From NCBI GenBank assembly GCA_024233865.1, contig JACKPA010000012.1:192001-204607 (forward strand): 12,607 nucleotides of DNA, read 5' to 3'. This document shows positions 7,042-12,607 of the stretch, one piece after another (positions within the stretch are counted from its first letter, which is position 1; every line of letters begins with the position of its first letter). The stretch comes from Leptospiraceae bacterium. GTDB lineage: Bacteria > Spirochaetota > Leptospiria > Leptospirales > Leptospiraceae. The notes under the pieces are model-generated. The model did not search any database and was not told the DNA's origin. It was given only the letters and a program-made list of their open reading frames with translations. Both the position numbers and the translations under genes were made by a program.

Positions 7042-7542
7042 ATGAAATACTTTTTGTTATTTATATCATTTAGCTTGTGCTTTTTGACAGTTCCTATGTT
7101 GGCAGAAACCAAATTCATTGTAGGTTGGGCTGAAAAAGTGAAGATTTTTCCTGGCAATTTTACCGTAAAAGCCAGAATTGATACGGGAGCAAAAACCTCG
7201 TCTATAAATACTCCTTTTTATGAAACATTCGAAAAAGATGGAAAAACTTGGGTGCGTTTTGATTTTATGGATAAAAAAGGGAAAAAAAAGACCATAGAAA
7301 AAGAAGTCCTAAGAACTTCAAAAATTAAAAGAAAAGGTATGAAGTCCGAAGAGCGTCCGGTTGTAAAATTGGAAATATGCCTTGGTAATGTTTATAAAGA
7401 GTCTGAAGTAAATCTTGTGGATAGAAGTAATTTTAATTATCAGATTCTGATAGGAAGGAGTTATTTGGAAAATGATTTTCTGGTAGATTCTTCCAGCCGG
7501 TTTACAAAAAAACCGAATTGTAAAATTCCGGGGAAAAAATGA
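7042..7542 (+). CDS. secreted retropepsin-like aspartic protease (the 'putative ATP-dependent zinc protease' / DUF785 family that accompanies RimK-like ATP-grasp genes)
   Basis: Signal peptide MKYFLLFISFSLCFLTVPMLA, then KFIVGWAEKVKIFPGNFTVKARIDTGAKTSSIN containing the aspartic-protease D-T-G-A motif (D at nt 7180-7182). Size (about 165 aa) and position immediately upstream of the 7TM-transglutaminase and ATP-grasp genes match the known three-gene arrangement. The alternative TTG start at 7030 (ORF track) is less likely than the ATG at 7042, which follows ggaagg. Confidence 0.65.
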   Translation: MKYFLLFISFSLCFLTVPMLAETKFIVGWAEKVKIFPGNFTVKARIDTGAKTSSINTPFYETFEKDGKTWVRFDFMDKKGKKKTIEKEVLRTSKIKRKGMKSEERPVVKLEICLGNVYKESEVNLVDRSNFNYQILIGRSYLENDFLVDSSSRFTKKPNCKIPGKK

Positions 7543-9077
7543 AAAATTTTCATCTTTTTTTCCTTTGCTTTTTTTTGATTGCAATTGGTTTTGGCTTATT
7601 TTTTTACAAATATTCCTACCTTGATTTTCCTATAGTTCCTAACAGTATTGTGGAAGTATGGAATTTGGAGATCAAAATTCGGTTTGAAACAGAAAAGCAG
7701 TCGGTTAAAGTCAGGCTGAATATCCCCAAAAATACGCAAAGGTATACAATTACTTCCGAATCTTTTGTTTCGGGAAGTTTTGGCTTGGTGACGGACATAA
7801 GTAAAGGCAATCGAAGAGCGATATGGTCAATTCGTAAAAGCAGCGGAATAAAAAATTTGTACTACAGAGCTGTCATTCAAAAAAGAGGAAAACCTAGAAA
7901 AGAGGTTCCAACAGAAGCAGAAATAACCGAACATAGATTGGATGATGCACAAAAACTAGCTGCTCAAAATATAATAACTGCCATATATACCAAATCTGCT
8001 GATATGGATACAATGATTTCTGAGCTTTTTCAGCGACTCAATAAGGAAGAACCGGATGAAAACGTGTTGGTTCTTTTAGGAAAGGAGTCAACAGCAGAAC
8101 AGAAAGTAAAAATGGCAGTTCGAATTCTTGCTTTGGCGAAAATTCCTGCTCGTGTGGTTTATGGAATTGATCTGAAGGAACAAAGGGGTTTGAAACAATT
8201 GCGTACTTGGCTAGAAGTATACTTTGATAAAACATGGAGAGCTTATTTACCAAAAACAAGGCTTCCGGAAATTCCGGAAAATTACTTTAGCTTGTATAAG
8301 GGTAACTATCCTTTGGTAAAGCTTAAAGGTGGAGATAAATTGCGATTTGTTATATCGGTAAGTCCGAACCAAGAAGAAGCAATCAAAAAAGCAGTAGAGC
8401 ATGGGAGAATTCATTCTCCTAATTTCTTAAAATTTTTATCTTTGTTCGGACTTCCTATTCAAACACAATCCTTGTATAGAGTCATATTGCTTATACCTAT
8501 TGGCGTTTTTTTGGTTGTGCTGCTTCGAAATGTTATTGGGCTAAAAACCTTTGGAACTTTTATGCCTGTTCTTATTGCACTCTCGTTTCGTGAAACCCAA
8601 CTTTTATGGGGGATTTTTTGGTTTGTTACACTAATTGGTCTTGGAGTTTTGTTTCGGTTTTATTTGGAAAATTTAAAACTCCTCCTTGTGCCACGTTTGG
8701 CATCGGTTCTTATTGTGGTTGTCTTACTAATGTTGATGCTAAACGTCTTTACACAAAATCTTGGTTTGGAGCTTGGATTATCCATTGCACTGTTTCCAAT
8801 GGTGATTTTGACAATGACTATCGAAAGGATGTCTATAGTTTGGGAAGAACGCGGAGTTAAAGAAGCATTGCAGCAGGGAGCTGGTACATTAGTTGTTGCC
8901 ATTGTAGCCTATCTCATTATAACAAATCAATTTGTTGGTCATATCGTTTTTGTTTTTCCGGAAGTTCTTTTGGTATTTTTAGCGTTCACAATACTGCTTG
9001 GTCGATATACAGGTTATCGTCTTTCTGAAATTGGTCGCTTCAAGTCTTTGATTGCAAAAGAGAATGGTAAAATATAA
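7539..9077 (+). CDS. membrane protein: N-terminal anchor helix, inactive transglutaminase-like domain, C-terminal 7-transmembrane domain (Transglut_i_TM / 7TM_transglut architecture; 'UUP1-family'-type)
   Basis: 512 aa. One N-terminal helix (FHLFFLCFFLIAIGFGLFFY). The central region carries a transglutaminase-like core ...LGKESTAEQKVKMAVRILALAKIPARVVYG..., in which the catalytic Cys of the G.C..fA...RA.GIPAR motif is replaced (TAEQ), hence predicted inactive. The C-terminal ~200 aa form about 7 hydrophobic helices (GVFLVVLLRNVIGLKTFGTFMPVLIALSF...). The start overlaps the protease stop (ATGA, 7539-7542). Confidence 0.7.
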   Translation: MKNFHLFFLCFFLIAIGFGLFFYKYSYLDFPIVPNSIVEVWNLEIKIRFETEKQSVKVRLNIPKNTQRYTITSESFVSGSFGLVTDISKGNRRAIWSIRKSSGIKNLYYRAVIQKRGKPRKEVPTEAEITEHRLDDAQKLAAQNIITAIYTKSADMDTMISELFQRLNKEEPDENVLVLLGKESTAEQKVKMAVRILALAKIPARVVYGIDLKEQRGLKQLRTWLEVYFDKTWRAYLPKTRLPEIPENYFSLYKGNYPLVKLKGGDKLRFVISVSPNQEEAIKKAVEHGRIHSPNFLKFLSLFGLPIQTQSLYRVILLIPIGVFLVVLLRNVIGLKTFGTFMPVLIALSFRETQLLWGIFWFVTLIGLGVLFRFYLENLKLLLVPRLASVLIVVVLLMLMLNVFTQNLGLELGLSIALFPMVILTMTIERMSIVWEERGVKEALQQGAGTLVVAIVAYLIITNQFVGHIVFVFPEVLLVFLAFTILLGRYTGYRLSEIGRFKSLIAKENGKI

Positions 9078-10019
9078 ATGTTTGTAACGTTATCAAAGCT
9101 CGTTCAAAAAAAGGTTCTTGGCATTAACCAACGCAACGCTGACTATATACTCAAATACAATCCCCGTCCTTTATATCCTCTTGTGGATGATAAGTTACTC
9201 ACAAAGAAATTGGCAATAGAAGCTGGTATGAATGTACCACAACTCTATGGTGTAATTGAAGTGCAGCACCAAAGGCGAGAGTTGGCAACCTTATTAAACA
9301 AACATTCTGATTTTGTGATCAAGCCAGCTTGTGGGAGTGGGGGAAATGGAATTTTAGTTATCCAAGAAAACAAAAAAGACAAGTACCGTAAACCAAATGG
9401 GATGTTTTTAACCGAAGTAGATCTTAAATTCCATGTATCCAATATTATAAGCGGAATGTACAGTTTAGGGGGGCATCCGGACAAGGCGATTATTGAATAT
9501 CGCATCCAACCTGATCCTGTTTTTGAGTCAATTAGCTACCAAGGTGTTCCTGATATTCGAATCATAGTATTTTTAGGAGTTCCCGTTATGTCTATGGTAC
9601 GTCTTCCCACCTTTATGTCAGACGGAAAAGCAAACCTTCATCAAGGGGCAATAGGAGCAGGCATAGATATAGGCACAGGCAAAACTCTATCAGCTGTCTA
9701 TTTTGATGAAATCATTTATGAGCATCCTAACACTGGAAATTCGGTTGTAGGGATTCAAATTCCCGAATGGGATAAATTTTTAAATCTTGCCACTCGTTGT
9801 TATGAGTTGACCGGGCTTGGATACCAAGGAGTAGACATTGTTCTGGATAAAAACTATGGACCAATGATCCTTGAGCTCAATGCTCGTCCCGGACTCAATA
9901 TTCAAATTGCCAATAATGTGGGGTTATTAGAACGTCTCGAAATTGTTGAAAAGAATTGGAAAGATTTGAAATCGGCTTCGGAACGGATCGATTTTGCCAA
10001 AAAGCATTTTAAGGTGTAA
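9078..10019 (+). CDS. alpha-L-glutamate ligase-like ATP-grasp protein (RimK-related peptide/amino-acid ligase)
   Basis: 313 aa. N-terminal LGINQRNADYILKYNPRPLYPLVDDKLLTKKLAIEAGMNVPQLYG is the characteristic start of the RimK-related 'alpha-L-glutamate ligase-like' family. ATP-grasp features follow (KPACGSGGNGILVI; C-terminal YQGVDIVLDKNYGPMILELNARPGLNIQIAN, the Mg/ATP-binding D...E.N segment). The ATG at 9078 abuts the TAA of the upstream gene (9075-9077). Confidence 0.75.
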   Translation: MFVTLSKLVQKKVLGINQRNADYILKYNPRPLYPLVDDKLLTKKLAIEAGMNVPQLYGVIEVQHQRRELATLLNKHSDFVIKPACGSGGNGILVIQENKKDKYRKPNGMFLTEVDLKFHVSNIISGMYSLGGHPDKAIIEYRIQPDPVFESISYQGVPDIRIIVFLGVPVMSMVRLPTFMSDGKANLHQGAIGAGIDIGTGKTLSAVYFDEIIYEHPNTGNSVVGIQIPEWDKFLNLATRCYELTGLGYQGVDIVLDKNYGPMILELNARPGLNIQIANNVGLLERLEIVEKNWKDLKSASERIDFAKKHFKV

Positions 10020-10111
10020 GAAAATGTTTTCAAAAAGCTTGTATTTTCTTAGGTATTTGTAGAATATACTCACGGCTGGGGTCCCTACAAAAAAAAACAA
10101 ATAAAAACAAC

Positions 10112-12541
10112 ATGGATAAATGCTACCACTGTCAGACACCATTAAGTCCCCAAACGACCTATAAAGGTTCTATAAAGGGTGAAGAAAAACTCTTTTGTTG
10201 TAATGGATGCAAAACCGTTGCTGAGTTCATTTCCTTATCAGGAAATGAGAAATTTTACGATTTAAGAGGCTCTGTTTCTTTAGAGCCGGCTACTAGCATT
10301 CAAACATCCATAGATGAAAACCTGGATAGCGAATATACTTATAACGAATTTGTAACCGGAGTTGATCCTACAAAGCGGGAAGTTTTTGTCAATATTACAA
10401 ATATTCATTGTTCTGCTTGTGTATGGTTAAATGAAAAAGTTCTCTCCCAAACAGAAGGTATAAAGGGTATTCGGATTAATTTTGCCAATTCGAGAGCTCA
10501 TATCGTATGGGATGATACAATTCTTAAACTATCTAAAATTTTTACCATTATACAAGGAATTGGTTACAAACCCGTTTTATATGCTCCTTGGAAAAAAGAA
10601 AACCAAAACAGCCAGTTTGAAATAGACTTACTCATGCGATTGGGGGTTGCTGGGTTCTGTTTTGGAAATATTATGCTCTTTGGAGTGGCACTGTACACCG
10701 GTTATTTTAGTGGGATAGAAATTGGATTTAAAAAGCTCTTGCACTACGCTTCCTGGATTATGGCAACTCCAGCTTACTTATACTCTGGAATGCCTTTTTT
10801 AAGAGGAGCTTACTATGGGATCAAAAATAAATCCGTCACAATGGACTTGCTTCTAGTTTTAGGTGTCAGCTTAGCCTATTTTTATAGTGTTTACGTAACA
10901 CTTACGGATAGAGGAGAAGTCTATTTTGATTCTGTTTGTATGATATATTTTTTTATACTAATCGGAAAATACTTTGAAGCAAGGTCGAGAAATTCGGCAA
11001 GTCGAAAGGTACAAACCTTGCTGAGTAAGCTACCGGATATTGTAAGTCTCATCCAAGATGGTAAAGAGACAAAAATCTTGTCTCACCAAATACAAGTTGG
11101 TGAGACCATTATGATTTCTCCAGGAGAGCGGATCCCGATTGATGGAAATTTGCTACAAGGAGAAGTAAGTATTGACGAATCTTTTTTAACGGGAGAGTCC
11201 AAACCTGTTTTGAAACAAACCGGAATGATGTTACTTGCCGGTTCCATTAACTTGGACAAAAACTTATATATGCAAGCGACATCTACTTCCAAAGACTCCA
11301 ATCTGGCAAGGATCCAAAAAATGGTTGACGGAGCACTATTTGAAAAACCAAAAGTCCAACTGATTTTGGATAGGATTTCTTCTTATTTTATTTTGGTAGT
11401 TTTGTCTGTTTCCCTTTTGGTCTTTTTTTCATGGTTTTTTTACGGTGCAGGTTTTGAAACGGCTTTGCTCAATTCTATATCCGTTCTTATCATTGCCTGC
11501 CCCTGTGCTTTAGGTTTAGCTGTTCCAACAGCAATAGTTATGAACCATTTGGTTAGCTCCGAAAAAGGAATTTTAATTAAAAATGCGAGCGTTATTGAGG
11601 CATTGTCCAAGCCTAATTACCTAATATTTGATAAGACAGGAACTCTAACAGAGGGTAAGCTAAAGGTTATTAAAGATGAACTTGTCCAAGATAAAGTTAC
11701 GTTGGAATTGCTTTTAATGGTAGAATATGGCTCAAAACATCCTATAGCCAAGTCCATTCAAAATTATTTGTTAAGTCGGAATGTTAGTTATAATCCTTCC
11801 GAAGATGTTAGAATACAGATAGAAGAAAAGTCCGGTTTTGGTCTTGAAGGAGAAATTTGGAAAAACGATATATGCTACTTTGTGAAAGTAGGCAAACTTC
11901 ACTTTGTTTCAAACGATACCCAAGAAGATACAACAAATGAAATCGGAACGAGAATTCACGTTTCCATTAACGAAAGTTATAAAGGCTATTTGGTTTTGCG
12001 GGACACAATCAGAAAAGAAGCCAAAGAAGAAATCGAGTTGTTAAAAAAGCAATTAGATGGCATCATCATTTTATCCGGAGATGATTTGTCTGTTGTAAAA
12101 GAGGTTTCCAATCAATTGGATATCGAAACATTCTATCATGGGATGACTCCCAAGCAGAAATTGGAGCAAATAGAACGTTTGCAGCTGGAAGGAAAAAAAG
12201 TTATCACTGTTGGAGATGGTTTGAACGATGCCGGAATGTTAGCCAAATCCGATGCCGGTATTTCCATGCAGTTAGGAGCTGATATAACAATCGATAGAGC
12301 CGATATAATACTAATGAACAACCACCTTTCGGGAGTGAGGAGACTCTTTTTTTATTCTCAAAAAACTATGTCCGTGATTCGAGATAATATAATTATTTCA
12401 TTGATTTATAATTCGATTGCCATTCCATTGGCGGCATTCGGATTTTTAATTCCCATTATATGTGCTTTGTTTATGACTTTGAGTTCTCTTACTGTTGTCT
12501 CCAATTCTTTATTGATAAAATTCAGAACGCGGAAAATGTAG
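10112..12541 (+). CDS. heavy-metal (Cu+-type) translocating P1B-type ATPase with a FixI/CcoI-style N-terminal zinc-ribbon and one HMA-like domain
   Basis: 809 aa. N-terminus CYHCQTPL...LFCCNGCKTVAEFI (Cx2C...CCxGC, as in FixI/CcoI-type copper ATPases). An HMA-like domain has HCSAC in place of the usual MxCxxC (ITNIHCSACVWLNEKVLSQTEGIKGIRINF). Eight hydrophobic helices include the CPC metal-binding motif (IIACPCALG, about nt 11498-11506). Further motifs: TGES (LTGESKPV), DKTGTLT phosphorylation site (about nt 11630-11650), HP motif (GSKHPIAKSI), GDGLNDAGML hinge. Confidence 0.9.
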   Translation: MDKCYHCQTPLSPQTTYKGSIKGEEKLFCCNGCKTVAEFISLSGNEKFYDLRGSVSLEPATSIQTSIDENLDSEYTYNEFVTGVDPTKREVFVNITNIHCSACVWLNEKVLSQTEGIKGIRINFANSRAHIVWDDTILKLSKIFTIIQGIGYKPVLYAPWKKENQNSQFEIDLLMRLGVAGFCFGNIMLFGVALYTGYFSGIEIGFKKLLHYASWIMATPAYLYSGMPFLRGAYYGIKNKSVTMDLLLVLGVSLAYFYSVYVTLTDRGEVYFDSVCMIYFFILIGKYFEARSRNSASRKVQTLLSKLPDIVSLIQDGKETKILSHQIQVGETIMISPGERIPIDGNLLQGEVSIDESFLTGESKPVLKQTGMMLLAGSINLDKNLYMQATSTSKDSNLARIQKMVDGALFEKPKVQLILDRISSYFILVVLSVSLLVFFSWFFYGAGFETALLNSISVLIIACPCALGLAVPTAIVMNHLVSSEKGILIKNASVIEALSKPNYLIFDKTGTLTEGKLKVIKDELVQDKVTLELLLMVEYGSKHPIAKSIQNYLLSRNVSYNPSEDVRIQIEEKSGFGLEGEIWKNDICYFVKVGKLHFVSNDTQEDTTNEIGTRIHVSINESYKGYLVLRDTIRKEAKEEIELLKKQLDGIIILSGDDLSVVKEVSNQLDIETFYHGMTPKQKLEQIERLQLEGKKVITVGDGLNDAGMLAKSDAGISMQLGADITIDRADIILMNNHLSGVRRLFFYSQKTMSVIRDNIIISLIYNSIAIPLAAFGFLIPIICALFMTLSSLTVVSNSLLIKFRTRKM

Positions 12542-12607
12542 CATGATTAAATAACGTCAGTTCGATATAACATTTTGATTTCACCTAAAGGGCAACCACC
12601 GGGGGAT

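Noticed and set aside
7318-10142. Small ORFs 7318-7584(-), 7616-7810(-), 8038-8259(-), 8606-8860(+), 8660-8902(-), 9245-9505(-), 9927-10142(-) within the three-gene module
   Set aside because: All overlap the well-supported protease, 7TM-TGase and ATP-grasp CDSs in other frames or strands. None has a domain signature.
11083-12321. ORFs 11083-11301(-) and 12136-12321(-) inside the P-type ATPase gene
   Set aside because: Antisense to an unambiguous P1B-ATPase CDS carrying the full set of catalytic motifs.
12542-12607. Start of another gene or an RNA at the window end (ATG 12544)
   Set aside because: ATG 12544 gives only M-I-K-stop. The remaining 60 nt are too short to interpret and show no tRNA-like cloverleaf.
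1-12607. Mobile elements, CRISPR arrays, phage or integrase signatures
   Set aside because: No long inverted or direct repeats and no regularly spaced repeat array. No transposase, integrase or recombinase-like ORFs. Gene content is housekeeping and envelope functions, and I see no compositional break by eye.

Overview
The window is AT-rich (roughly mid-30s % GC by eye) and looks like ordinary bacterial chromosome. The gene content and protein style resemble a Leptospira-like spirochaete; that taxonomic guess is low confidence. It is densely coding with 11 protein-coding genes. No tRNA or rRNA genes, CRISPR arrays, transposases or integrases were seen.

Gene order, with minus-strand genes marked:
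- alr, alanine racemase, minus strand, 5' part only
- DUF2752-type membrane protein
- panE, ketopantoate reductase
- FadL/OmpP1/TodX-like outer-membrane channel, minus strand
- secreted protein with a CsgG-like N-terminal motif and a DUF4384-like C-terminus, minus strand
- cytoplasmic coiled-coil/PAS/PAS/HAMP-like signalling protein with no output domain
- small RRM-type glycine-rich RNA-binding protein with a clean intrinsic terminator
- a tightly coupled three-gene module (7042-10019): secreted retropepsin-like aspartic protease, membrane protein with an inactive transglutaminase-like domain fused to 7 transmembrane helices, and a RimK-like ATP-grasp alpha-L-glutamate-ligase-like enzyme
- FixI/CcoI-style heavy-metal P1B-type ATPase

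The three-gene ATP-grasp module is the best candidate for a biochemically uncharacterised system. It has been predicted by comparative genomics to be a peptide ligation/modification system, but I know of no identified product or substrate. The output-less PAS-PAS-HAMP protein and the CsgG-like/DUF4384 secreted protein are secondary points of interest. All functional calls rest on motif recognition by eye from the translations. No database searches were run.
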